A stretch of 59,945 nt of DNA, the filler included. It is 4 parts of 4 records of this genome, joined end to end, with 100 filler letters (N's around TTAATTAATTAA, not from the genome) between each part and the next. Parts side by side here need not be neighbours in the genome. Positions count along the whole stretch, not along the records: positions 1 to 10,655 come from SRR31156797_1915; 3 more parts are not named here. One strand, given 5' to 3'. This document shows positions 1 through 9,968 of this stretch, piece after piece. The translations under genes were made by a program, and so were the position numbers. Position 1 is the stretch's first letter. Every line of letters starts with the position of its first letter. Below the pieces are notes generated by a model. The model was not told the origin of the DNA. It saw only the letters and a list, made by a program, of their open reading frames with translations, and did no database searches.

Positions 1-455
1 TATTCCAATTTTGATTTCATGATGTAATAAATATTATAAGATTATAGATTTTTTCTAACTGTCGACTACAAAAATATGCTTAAATGAAACTTGCAAAAGC
101 TTTTTTCTAACAATTTGTAATAAATTAATACAAAATTTACATTGAAAATAGATTTTTGTCAGCCACCCCATAAAACACAAAGCTTCTTGCAGTTGCAATA
201 TGTTTTTACACAACTACACCTCTACCAAACCTATACCCCGGACAAAAATAAACATCTCTGCCTTGATAATCCCCCATTTTTACCCCCTCCGGCTATTTAT
301 TATAATTTTCATTGAATTTATAATTGAGAAATACTATTTTCATTTTTTAATAGTTTCTTGTAAAAATGTAATTATTCATTTCGTTTTCTTACTAATTGAA
401 TTATTATTTATACAGGAAGACCTGAAATATATCGAGAAAAACAAATAAATGCACT

Positions 456-1982
456 ATGAAAGTTGACAGACGAAATTTTATTAAAACAAGTAGTATGTTT
501 GCAGCAGGAAGTATGGTTATACCTGCTTTTGTGCAATCGTGCCAAAACGTACAAATTTCAGCAGACGTGAAAAGTTATCTTGATCACTTTGAAGTGACTA
601 CCGAGATGTTGCAAAAAGTTATAGCAACAGCAATGAGTAAAGGAGGCGATTATGCCGACCTGTTTTTTGAACACAAAATATCGAACAGCCTTGGCCTTGA
701 AGATGGCAAAGTAAATCGAGCCTACTCGAATATCGATTTTGGTGTGGGTATTCGCGTGTTAAAAGGCGACCAAACCGGATTTGCCTATTCGGAAAACATT
801 ACCATGGCCGACATGGAAAATGCAGCAAAGATGGCGGCAAACATTGCCAATTCAGATGCCAGCTTTAATGCAGCCGATTACAACGAAAAAGTACCTGCGA
901 ATTATTACAAAATCTCGCAAAAATGGGAAGATGTATCGGTAAAAGACAAAATTCCGTTTGTGCAAAAAATTAACGAGAAAATTTTTAGCCTCGACGATAA
1001 GGTTATAAAAGTTAATGCCGGAATGAGCGACGATACCAGCTATGTTATGTTTTATAACTCCGAAGGCCGTTTTACCTACGACTATCGTCCAATGGTAAGT
1101 TTTTATGCCGTTTGTATCATGCAAGATGGAGAGCAGATTGAAAACGCCTATTCAGCACGTTCGGTTCGTAAAGGCTTCGAATGGTTAACAGAAGACCTGG
1201 TTGACGAACTGGCAAAAGAAGCTGTTGACCGAACCAAATTATTATTTAAGGCGGGCAAACCAAAAGCAGGTGAAATGCCGGTTGTACTTGGCGCCGGAGG
1301 ATCGGGAATATTATTGCACGAAGCTATCGGGCATACTTTTGAAGCCGATTTTAACCGTAAAGGAACTTCAATATTTAGCGATAAGCTGAATAAAAAAGTA
1401 GCCGAACCTTTTATTAATATTATCGACGACGGAACACTTCCGAACGACCGAGGCGCCATCAACATCGATGACGAAGGAAACGACGTACAGAAAACGTACC
1501 TGGTTAAAGATGGTATGTTAAACAGTTATATCCACGACCGTATTAGTGCTAAATATTATGGTGTTGAACCAACGGGTAACGGTCGACGCGAATCGTTCCG
1601 CCATATGCCGCTACCGCGCATGCGCTCAACGTACATGGAGAACGGGCCACACACAACAGAAGAAATTTTTGCGGCTGTTGATTATGGTGTGTTTGTTGAT
1701 AATTTCAGCAACGGTGAGGTTAAAATTGGAGCCGGCGATTTTACTTTCTTTGTAAAATCGGGTTACATTATTGAAAACGGAAAACTTACTACTCCGATTA
1801 AAGACATTAATATTGTTGGAAACGGGCCTCAGGCTTTGGCCGATATATCGATGGCTGCCAACGATTATAAAAACGACAGTGGTACCTGGACTTGCGGTAA
1901 AGACGGACAATCGGTTCCCGTAACGCTTGGCTTACCAACTGTTTTAGTGAAAAAAATGACCGTTGGAGGAACCAATGCATAA
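456..1982 (+). CDS. tldD: TldD family metalloprotease with Tat-type signal peptide
   Basis: HEAIGHTFEAD zinc motif, PTGNGRRESF..P.PRM..TY and C-terminal WTCGKDGQSVPV motifs typical of TldD. N-terminus RRNFIK ... VQSC. Confidence 0.93.
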   Translation: MKVDRRNFIKTSSMFAAGSMVIPAFVQSCQNVQISADVKSYLDHFEVTTEMLQKVIATAMSKGGDYADLFFEHKISNSLGLEDGKVNRAYSNIDFGVGIRVLKGDQTGFAYSENITMADMENAAKMAANIANSDASFNAADYNEKVPANYYKISQKWEDVSVKDKIPFVQKINEKIFSLDDKVIKVNAGMSDDTSYVMFYNSEGRFTYDYRPMVSFYAVCIMQDGEQIENAYSARSVRKGFEWLTEDLVDELAKEAVDRTKLLFKAGKPKAGEMPVVLGAGGSGILLHEAIGHTFEADFNRKGTSIFSDKLNKKVAEPFINIIDDGTLPNDRGAINIDDEGNDVQKTYLVKDGMLNSYIHDRISAKYYGVEPTGNGRRESFRHMPLPRMRSTYMENGPHTTEEIFAAVDYGVFVDNFSNGEVKIGAGDFTFFVKSGYIIENGKLTTPIKDINIVGNGPQALADISMAANDYKNDSGTWTCGKDGQSVPVTLGLPTVLVKKMTVGGTNA

Positions 1983-1985
1983 CGA

Positions 1986-2020
1986 GTTCAAAGTTCAGTG
2001 TTTAATGTTCAAAGTTTAAA
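1986..2020 (+). repeat. Five tandem degenerate heptamers (GTTCAAA-like)
   Basis: gttcaaa gttcagt gtttaat gttcaaa gtttaaa fill the tldD-tldE spacer. Confidence 0.6.
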
Positions 2021-2023
2021 AAA

Positions 2024-3343
2024 ATGACAAAAGAAGAAAAATATACATTAGCAAAATGGGCGATGAATCATGCTTTGGAAAGTGGCGCCCAGGAAGTAAG
2101 CGTAAGCATCTCAAACAGTAGCAGTAGTAGTGTTGAGGTTCGCGAAGCAAAAATAGACAAACTGGAACAGGCCATTCAAAGCAGCCTTTCGATACGTTTA
2201 TTTGTAGACAAAAAATATTCGGCTCATTCAACAAGTCGTTTAAAAAAGGAAGAACTTGCGCGCTTTATTGAAGAAGCCATTGCAGGTACAAAGTTTCTTT
2301 CGGAAGACGAATTCAGAACCTTACCCGATCCGGAATTATATTATAAAGGTGGAGGTGCAGAACTGGATTTACTTGATAACAGCTACGCAGACATTGATCC
2401 TAAGAAGAAAATTGATATTGCTTTTGCTGCTGAGAAAGAAGTTGCAGGAAGCGACGAACGCATCATTTCTGTTTCGAGCAGCTACTACGACGGACTTAAC
2501 GAACGCGTAATGGTTTGCAGTAACGGTTTTGAAGGCGACACATCCAATTCTCATTTCGGATTGTACACCAATGTATCGGTAAAAGGCGATGGTGATGCAC
2601 GCCCAGAGTTTGGCTGGGGTGAAAGTGCCATTAAGTTTAATGCCCTCAAAAAAGAAGGTACAGGAACAATTGCATTAAAAAGAGCAGTAGAAAAAATTGG
2701 CGCCGACAAAATAGAATCAGCCACAATGCCAATGATCGTTGAAAACAGGGTTGTTGGCCGTATTCTTGGGCCACTTATGAATGCATTGAACGGATATGCC
2801 ATTCAACAAAAAAATTCATTTTTGATTGATAAGTTGGGAGAAAAAGTGGCTTCAGAAAACTTTACTCTTGTTGATGATCCATTTATAGTTGGAGGTCGCG
2901 GATCGCGTTTGTTCGACAACGAAGGTATGGCAACAAAAAAACGAGTTGTTTTCGACAAAGGTGTTTTAAGCAATTACTATATTGACACCTACTATGGTAA
3001 AAAGCTCGATATGAAGCCAACCGGTGGCAGCACCACCAACCTGGTTTTTGAAGGAGGAGATAAAAATCTTGACGGATTGGTTTCTTCTGTTGACAAAGGT
3101 ATCTTGGTTACCGGCTTTAATGGTGGAAACGCCAATGGTTCAACAGGCGATTTCTCTTACGGAATTGAAGGTTTCTTAATTGAAAATGGCAAGTTAGTAA
3201 AACCTGTTAATGAGATGAATATTACGGGCAATATGCTAAAATTATGGGCCAGCATTGGCGAAGTTGGAAGTGACCCAAAGGAAGATTCATCATGGAGAAC
3301 TCCTTCGATTCTATTTAAGGATGTTGATTTTAGTGGTTTGTAA
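2024..3343 (+). CDS. pmbA: TldE/PmbA family protein
   Basis: Follows tldD. SRLFDNEG, GFNGGNANGSTGDFS and PVNEMNITGN motifs; no HExxH. Confidence 0.9.
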   Translation: MTKEEKYTLAKWAMNHALESGAQEVSVSISNSSSSSVEVREAKIDKLEQAIQSSLSIRLFVDKKYSAHSTSRLKKEELARFIEEAIAGTKFLSEDEFRTLPDPELYYKGGGAELDLLDNSYADIDPKKKIDIAFAAEKEVAGSDERIISVSSSYYDGLNERVMVCSNGFEGDTSNSHFGLYTNVSVKGDGDARPEFGWGESAIKFNALKKEGTGTIALKRAVEKIGADKIESATMPMIVENRVVGRILGPLMNALNGYAIQQKNSFLIDKLGEKVASENFTLVDDPFIVGGRGSRLFDNEGMATKKRVVFDKGVLSNYYIDTYYGKKLDMKPTGGSTTNLVFEGGDKNLDGLVSSVDKGILVTGFNGGNANGSTGDFSYGIEGFLIENGKLVKPVNEMNITGNMLKLWASIGEVGSDPKEDSSWRTPSILFKDVDFSGL

Positions 3344-3360
3344 ATATTCGAACTATCATA

Positions 3361-3396
3361 CATAAAAAAAGGAGCCAAATGGCTCCTTTTTTTATG
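3361..3396. terminator. Bidirectional intrinsic terminator
   Basis: CATAAAAAAAGGAGCCA-AA-TGGCTCCTTTTTTTATG between convergent genes. Confidence 0.9.
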
Positions 3397-3411
3397 CTGT
3401 AAATCACTTCA

Positions 3412-6400
3412 CTATTTCCGATCAAGAATAATCTTCTTAACCATCTGTTTTTCTTCACTTTTAATTCGAATCAAATAAACGCCACTCACCTGCTCTGACA
3501 GATCCAGAACCAGGTGATCGGTGTACCGGGATTTTTTTCGATACACCTCTGCTCCCGAGATTGTCATTGCGGTTACCTCAACTTCGCTCAACTGATCGGA
3601 AAAGTCAATATTTACAAGTCCCTTGCTCGGATTCGGATACAAGCTCACATCAAAATTATCCCTGGCGAGAAAATCGGCACCGGTAATCTTGGCAGCAACA
3701 CAAATCTCGAAGGAGACAGACGACGAAGCACCCAATTTATCAATTGCTGTTATTGTAACCACATAACACCCTGTATCAACTACTCCTGGCTTTAAGTCGA
3801 GCAATACTGAGTCTGCCGTTTCAACAACAGTAACCCAACCAGGCACATCATGAACATTCCCCTCGAACAAAATATTTAATTCCTGACCACCATTTTCAAC
3901 CTTTCGGATGCTAACAACAAATTTCATCGAGTCGTTTTCGCAATCATGGAAAATGCTGCTGTCGTTTATACAAATTCCGATACGAATCGAATCTGATTCT
4001 TCTAGTTCCATATCCGGAATACTTCCAACGACATCTGGCGCATCGTTAACCGGCAAAACATTAAGTTGGAAATGCTGCTCTGCTTCCAAACCTAAGCTAT
4101 CGCTTACAACCACTGTTATGGTTGCTAATCCGTTTTTATCTTCCAAAAGTTCAATCTCCAGACTTCCGATAGAATCGGGCGAATTATAATTAACATTAAT
4201 TGATGATATTAGGTTAGGATTATCCGAGTCAGCGATAACAACCAAGGATTGTGGTAAACAATCGTTACCCCATGACATCCCATGTAAATCAACAAGCACA
4301 AAACTATCCTCTTCAACAATCAGGTCATCAATCGGATCAAGTGTAGGATTATCATTTGTACTCACAACATTTACAATGGCTATACACGAAGATTCATTAC
4401 CAGCCTTATCGCTTACAAATAGGGTTATTTCATTTTCGCCCAAATCTCCACACGAAAAGCCTGATTTCGAAACATCCAATTGCAAGTCATCAAAAGCACT
4501 AAGGTTGTCATTGCTACCTTCTGCCAAATGCTGCATGTCGGCATCAGTAATTTTGTAATTGCCCGAGACTGGTAATAAAATTTCTATTTCATTGCATTTG
4601 GCCTGCGGTGCAATATCATCTGTCTGGCTTAAGTACAGTGTAATTACGCTATCGCAACCGTGTACGGTTGTAAGGTTTTTTTGATATGTTCCGGGTTTAT
4701 TTACAGATCTTCCTTCGAAAACATATGGAAACTCGCTGGCTTTAATAGTCTTCCTTCGGGTTATGGAATAGCTCTTGTGTACTATCAGGTGTAAATAAAC
4801 CGTACTATCGCATGCGTTTGATGCAGAGAATACCTCGGAGTAATCTCCGGCAACACTTAAGGCTTGAGCACCAAAACTAAAAGGCAGGTTGTTTTCGCAA
4901 ACCATTACGGTGTCATACACAACAAACGTATCTTTAACAATCAGGTTAAGCGTAACCAAACTATCACAACCCATCGTGGTTTTAAACAATTCAACGTACT
5001 CTCCTGCTCCGCTCAACTCTTGCGTTCCAAACCGATAAGGAAGATCTGGCTCGCATACACTCAAATCTTTTTGCACATTAAAAGTATCGTTAATGCTTAA
5101 GTTCAGAACCACAATACTATCGCAGAAATTATGGCCTTGTAATGTATCCTTGTATATTCCTGCATGTGTAAGCATTTGTCCGTCAAATTCAACACTTTCT
5201 CCTACACAAACAGCTGTGTCTAAAATTGTTTCGGCAACAGGATTAACTGTTAACGATAAAACAACTATGCTATCACAAGAATTTAGCGTTTGCAAAGTAT
5301 CGCGGTATTCACCCGATTGCATCAATGCATTACCTCCGAACGAATAGATTTCGCCCTTGCATATACCAGCCGAGATTGCTGTCTCGAAAGTCGGATAAAC
5401 ATTAAGGTATAATGTAACAATACTATCGCAGCCGATTTTTGAAACTAGCGTATCTTTATATTCTCCCGCCATAGTTCTTTCCTGGCCTCCAAAAAGGTAA
5501 CCTTCTCCTTTACAAATCCCTACAGCCAAATTTTCAGTGAGAACAGGAACAACTTTAAGCGACAAGTTTACCGTACTATCGCAGCCTTCATCAGTAGTAA
5601 AGATATGCGTATAATCGCCACTGGTATTTCGTTCTATTCCTGCAAAAAGGTAGCTATCGCCTTCACAAATAAGCACGGTATCTTTTACATCATAACTTTG
5701 GGTTACAATCAGATTTAGTACAATTACCGAATCGCAAGTATTATGACTCGTCAAGGTATCTCTATACTGTCCTTCCTGTGTTAAAACGGCAGCACCAAAC
5801 ACAACACTTTCGCTACTGCAAATGCTTGTGTCTATAATGGTTTCTGAAACCGGATTTACCGTTAAAGTTAATTCCACAATGCTATCGCAAAGATTTTCAG
5901 ACTGTAAGGTATCGCGATATATTCCCGACTGGGTCAGGGTTGTACCATCAAACACAAAAGTTTCGCCTTCGCAAATGGTTTCAGAAAGTATTGTTTCATA
6001 TACCGGGTAAACACTGAGGCTAAGCGCAACAATACTATCGCAGCCACTATCCGAAACCAATGTATCCTTATATTCTCCGGCAATGGTTCTGTGCACCCCA
6101 TCAAAATAATACGAATCGCCCTGACAAATGCCCACATTCAATTCCTCTGTTAACATGGGCACCACAATTAGGGCCAGGCTCACGGTACTGTCGCAGTTTT
6201 GTGCGGATGTAAAAATATGCTGATAATCGCCAGCCACAGTACGCTCAACACCGGCAAACCAGTACGAATCGCCCTGGCAAATTCTAGCTGTATCTTTCAC
6301 TTCGTAAACATCGTTTACAAAAAGGTTCAGCACCACAAGCGAATCGCAACCATTCTGGGCAGTTAGCGTATCGCGGTATTGGGCTTCGGTGCTCAATAAT

Positions 6401-8796
6401 TCGCCACCAAAAGCTACACTTTCGCCGCTGCAAATACTACTATCGATAATCGTTTCAAAAACAGGATTTACCGTTAATGTCAGCACCACCACACTATCGC
6501 AGAAATTAACCGACTGCAAAGTATCGCGGTACTCGCCCGACTGCGTGAGGCTTTCGCCAGCAAATACAAAATCATCGCCCTTGCAAATGGTTTCTGCAAT
6601 AGGAGTTTCGTATACGGGGTGTACGCTAAGGTTAAGCATAACAATACTATCGCAACCTCCAGCACTTTGCAAGGTATCCTTATAAGTTGCTGCGTCGCTT
6701 AGCATGGCTCCGGCAAAGAAATAGCCCTCATCTTCACAAATAGCTGCGTCAATGGTTTCTTCAATTACCGATTCAACTGCAAATTGCAACGTAACCACAC
6801 TGTCGCACCCATGTACACTAGTAAAGGTTTCGACGTACGATCCCGGCGCAGATAGGTTTTGCGAACCAAACTGGTATGGCAATTGATTACTGCAAACGGT
6901 TTTATCATCAGAAACATTATACACCGGAGATACAACTACTCCCCCAACAATAGTATCACAGACCGATTTTACACTATCGGTATGCGTAACAATTGCTGTA
7001 ACCTGGTAATTTCCTTCGTTAACATAAGTATGCGTTGGTGAGAAATCAACAGAACCATTCCCGTCTCCAAAATCCCAAACAATGGCATCTGCATCGAAAA
7101 CATCAGCCGAGAAATCGATTACTGTTCCCAAACAAATACTTGAATCGTTGGCAGAAATCTGAACGGAGGGCTGAACAGGCTTGCTATAATTCTGACTTAC
7201 TGCTGCACTCCAATTTCCATTGGCATCGGCAAACTGAAAGCTGGCCACGTGTTCGCCACCAGGAAAGTTTGAAATATCAATCAAATCATCAATACTCAAC
7301 ACAACAGCCGGAGTTTTCAAAGTAACTTTGCTCGCTGAAGCAATGTTGCTATTCGCCCAATAACGATAGCCCACAATTTTGTTTTCACTTGGCAACACCT
7401 CATTCTCCGAGATACTGAAAAACCGACTCTCCGCCGAACTCCAGTTGCCGCTCTTATCTTTCACTCTACACGAAATAATATGCAGTCCGTCATCCAAAGC
7501 ACTAACATCAGTGGCTCCATCAATCACTAACAATTCGGTTTGGCCAGTATTAACGTTAACCGCATTTGCTCTCTGCCCATCAAACCAATATTCATACTCA
7601 ACAATTTGTTGCATCTCGGGCGCATCAGCCAATGGATAAGTTGAAAAGAAACGTGTTTCAACCGAACTCCAGATACCGGCTTCATCCATAAACCTGCAAC
7701 TAATAAAATGCAAGCCCTCATGGAGCGCACTAACATCCACTTTTTCATTCAAACTAAATGTTTCAGTTGCAGCAATGGGCACCGTACTTGCTAAAGCAAT
7801 ATTGCCGTTAAACCAATATTCCATTGCGGTAATTTTGTGCATTTCTGCCACACCCGCTTCTGGATAATTCGAAAAGAACCTTGATTCTGCCGAACTCCAA
7901 TTTCCAGCCTCATCAAGAAAACGGTAAGTGATATAATGTAAACCTTCATCAAATGCACTAACGTTAATTTTAGTGCTTAAATCAAGGGTTTGGGAGGCCG
8001 ACACAGCACTCTTGTTAAGCGCAGAATAATCGCCATTAAACCAGTATTCCACACCTATAATTTCATGCATTTCATTGCTTTCCTGCGAAGAAAAATTATG
8101 AAACATCCATGAAATAGGAGCACACCAACGTCCGGTAGCATCCTGAAAACGATAATTCAACACATGAACTCCTGCGGATAAAGCTGCAAGATCCACATCT
8201 TCAGCAACAGTTAAACTTGTGGTTGAACTTACCGGCTTCACAGTTTTCCCAGCATAATCGTCGTTTAACCAATATTCATACTTTACAATCTCTCGTATAC
8301 CTACGGTGGTGTTATCTTTTGTAAAGAATTTTGCAAAGGTAGAAGACCAAATGCCTCTGGAGTCTTTAAAACGGTAGGTTATTCTATGCAGACCATCGGT
8401 TAAATTTTCAACATCCACATCGGTATTTAAATCAAATGATGATCCTGAAGCACTTTCTGTTTTCGCATTTGCAAAATCATTGTCAAACCAATATTGGTAA
8501 TGACTTACAAAATGCACGCCGGGCGAAGTGGCCTCGTGTTTTGTAAAAAATTTGTTAATTACTCCTCCCCAAATCCCTCTGTCATCTTTAAAACGATAAG
8601 TCAGAATATGCAAACCATCGTCCAAACCACTGGCATCTATCTGATCGGTATGGATTAGATTGGCCGCACCAGTTACAGTTGTAACAGCGGTATTATAATC
8701 TCCGTCAAACCAATATTGCGCCTGCACAATACTGCTTTGTGCCTGAAGCAAAATTGGCGACAGAAGCCAAAATAATATGTATATGTATTTTTTCAT
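3412..8796 (-). CDS. Large T9SS-secreted repeat protein (7 YWF repeats, PKD domain, 15 Cys-Asp-Ser repeats, Ig-like modules, T9SS C-terminal domain)
   Basis: Signal peptide. Repeated xxYWF(D/N)...GxHxxxYRFxDxxGxW units, WDFGDG PKD motif, 51-aa IC..GxY..CDS units, C-terminal SLYPNPSKG...SGVYLIRI...KKII sorting domain. Confidence 0.85.
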   Translation of the reverse strand: MKKYIYILFWLLSPILLQAQSSIVQAQYWFDGDYNTAVTTVTGAANLIHTDQIDASGLDDGLHILTYRFKDDRGIWGGVINKFFTKHEATSPGVHFVSHYQYWFDNDFANAKTESASGSSFDLNTDVDVENLTDGLHRITYRFKDSRGIWSSTFAKFFTKDNTTVGIREIVKYEYWLNDDYAGKTVKPVSSTTSLTVAEDVDLAALSAGVHVLNYRFQDATGRWCAPISWMFHNFSSQESNEMHEIIGVEYWFNGDYSALNKSAVSASQTLDLSTKINVSAFDEGLHYITYRFLDEAGNWSSAESRFFSNYPEAGVAEMHKITAMEYWFNGNIALASTVPIAATETFSLNEKVDVSALHEGLHFISCRFMDEAGIWSSVETRFFSTYPLADAPEMQQIVEYEYWFDGQRANAVNVNTGQTELLVIDGATDVSALDDGLHIISCRVKDKSGNWSSAESRFFSISENEVLPSENKIVGYRYWANSNIASASKVTLKTPAVVLSIDDLIDISNFPGGEHVASFQFADANGNWSAAVSQNYSKPVQPSVQISANDSSICLGTVIDFSADVFDADAIVWDFGDGNGSVDFSPTHTYVNEGNYQVTAIVTHTDSVKSVCDTIVGGVVVSPVYNVSDDKTVCSNQLPYQFGSQNLSAPGSYVETFTSVHGCDSVVTLQFAVESVIEETIDAAICEDEGYFFAGAMLSDAATYKDTLQSAGGCDSIVMLNLSVHPVYETPIAETICKGDDFVFAGESLTQSGEYRDTLQSVNFCDSVVVLTLTVNPVFETIIDSSICSGESVAFGGELLSTEAQYRDTLTAQNGCDSLVVLNLFVNDVYEVKDTARICQGDSYWFAGVERTVAGDYQHIFTSAQNCDSTVSLALIVVPMLTEELNVGICQGDSYYFDGVHRTIAGEYKDTLVSDSGCDSIVALSLSVYPVYETILSETICEGETFVFDGTTLTQSGIYRDTLQSENLCDSIVELTLTVNPVSETIIDTSICSSESVVFGAAVLTQEGQYRDTLTSHNTCDSVIVLNLIVTQSYDVKDTVLICEGDSYLFAGIERNTSGDYTHIFTTDEGCDSTVNLSLKVVPVLTENLAVGICKGEGYLFGGQERTMAGEYKDTLVSKIGCDSIVTLYLNVYPTFETAISAGICKGEIYSFGGNALMQSGEYRDTLQTLNSCDSIVVLSLTVNPVAETILDTAVCVGESVEFDGQMLTHAGIYKDTLQGHNFCDSIVVLNLSINDTFNVQKDLSVCEPDLPYRFGTQELSGAGEYVELFKTTMGCDSLVTLNLIVKDTFVVYDTVMVCENNLPFSFGAQALSVAGDYSEVFSASNACDSTVYLHLIVHKSYSITRRKTIKASEFPYVFEGRSVNKPGTYQKNLTTVHGCDSVITLYLSQTDDIAPQAKCNEIEILLPVSGNYKITDADMQHLAEGSNDNLSAFDDLQLDVSKSGFSCGDLGENEITLFVSDKAGNESSCIAIVNVVSTNDNPTLDPIDDLIVEEDSFVLVDLHGMSWGNDCLPQSLVVIADSDNPNLISSINVNYNSPDSIGSLEIELLEDKNGLATITVVVSDSLGLEAEQHFQLNVLPVNDAPDVVGSIPDMELEESDSIRIGICINDSSIFHDCENDSMKFVVSIRKVENGGQELNILFEGNVHDVPGWVTVVETADSVLLDLKPGVVDTGCYVVTITAIDKLGASSSVSFEICVAAKITGADFLARDNFDVSLYPNPSKGLVNIDFSDQLSEVEVTAMTISGAEVYRKKSRYTDHLVLDLSEQVSGVYLIRIKSEEKQMVKKIILDRK
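4630..6925 (-). repeat. Intragenic tandem repeat, 15 x about 153 bp (51-aa two-Cys units)
   Basis: 15 CDS tripeptides at about 51-aa spacing in the 1794-aa ORF. Confidence 0.8.
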
Positions 8797-8847
8797 TCTT
8801 CAGATTTTTAGATTAACTTTTTGAACATTCAACCTGTATCTAAAGAA

Positions 8848-9918
8848 CTACCGGTTTTGGGATTGAACATTTATGTTTACACCCAATTTATCGTTTACTA
8901 CTTTATCTGCAATAGTTGCACTATTAATGTGCGGATAATATGGTATTGTTTTGTAAGGTAAAGCCGTACCAAAAATCCCCATATTTGTCCCATCACTTCC
9001 CGCATTTTGAATGCTTACATTTGGAGTACCATCCTGCGCAGTTCCCGTACTCCCGGCTTTAAGTTGGTAATTATTAGTGTACGAAAAAGTATTATATGCG
9101 TCATTTTCAATTGAAGTATAAATGTCGGCAATAGCAACGTCTACAATATTATTCGTACCCGAGTTTGTGCCTGTTGCAGGATTAAAAGGAAGGCTTCTGT
9201 CGAATAAATTATAAGAAAGCGTATTGCTTTCGGAGCCGTAAAGTCCAAACTGATACGAAAATACATTATTAACAAACAGGCACGAAAATGAATGCTGAAT
9301 GGTTCTGTCTCTGCTAGAACAGTTCGTGCAGCCACTTAGGGCTGGAAAATCATTATTGACAAAATCGGATAGAACAAACCGTGAAACGTAACCAAAAAGA
9401 AGTGATTTCTCCACGAGGCAGTTCGTTCCATAATTCGCAAATACATTTCCATTCAGCACACATTCCGATATCGTAAAATCGATTTTAACAGTATCTGTTG
9501 CACCAGGCCTCATGGTTAAAGTGCTACCAAGCCTGCAACGCTTCATTGTAATATCTGTAGCATCATCTCCATCACTTCCAAAATTTAATGTATTTGAAAA
9601 ATAAATTCCTTCAAACGAACTGTTGTCGCAATTTCCTGAAAAGGTTAGTGGAGTTACAATCCTCGATTGCAGGGTAGCTTGCGTATCGTCTGGGTAATGG
9701 CCATGACCAACCCAGTGCAAGGTTTTATCGATGGTGGTATTTGTAATGCTAAAACCACCACCGGGAATATACAAAGTATCGCCATTTGAAGCATTGCTTA
9801 TGGCATCGTTAATATTGGAAAAAACCTGAGTGCTGCTTCCGTTTTGCACAATAAACTGGGCCTGCCCCCAACATAAGGCCGAAATAAATAGTAAGGGAAT
9901 AATTATATATTTTTTCAT
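8848..9918 (-). CDS. Secreted right-handed beta-helix-like hypothetical protein
   Basis: Likely start MKKYIIIPLL at 9918 with signal peptide. FSNINDAISNASNGDTLYIPGG is a typical beta-helix N-cap; Asn-rich rungs. Confidence 0.7.
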   Translation of the reverse strand: MKKYIIIPLLFISALCWGQAQFIVQNGSSTQVFSNINDAISNASNGDTLYIPGGGFSITNTTIDKTLHWVGHGHYPDDTQATLQSRIVTPLTFSGNCDNSSFEGIYFSNTLNFGSDGDDATDITMKRCRLGSTLTMRPGATDTVKIDFTISECVLNGNVFANYGTNCLVEKSLLFGYVSRFVLSDFVNNDFPALSGCTNCSSRDRTIQHSFSCLFVNNVFSYQFGLYGSESNTLSYNLFDRSLPFNPATGTNSGTNNIVDVAIADIYTSIENDAYNTFSYTNNYQLKAGSTGTAQDGTPNVSIQNAGSDGTNMGIFGTALPYKTIPYYPHINSATIADKVVNDKLGVNINVQSQNR

Positions 9919-9968
9919 CGTTTTTATTTTTATATGGTTTGAAAAAGAACACAAAAGACTACTAGTGC

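Noticed and set aside
1-20. Possible minus-strand gene start (MKSKLE) at the window edge
   Set aside because: Only six codons are visible; it cannot be supported.
200-448. 82-aa ORF upstream of tldD
   Set aside because: Low-complexity AT-rich promoter DNA; the F/I/L-rich translation has no recognisable motif.
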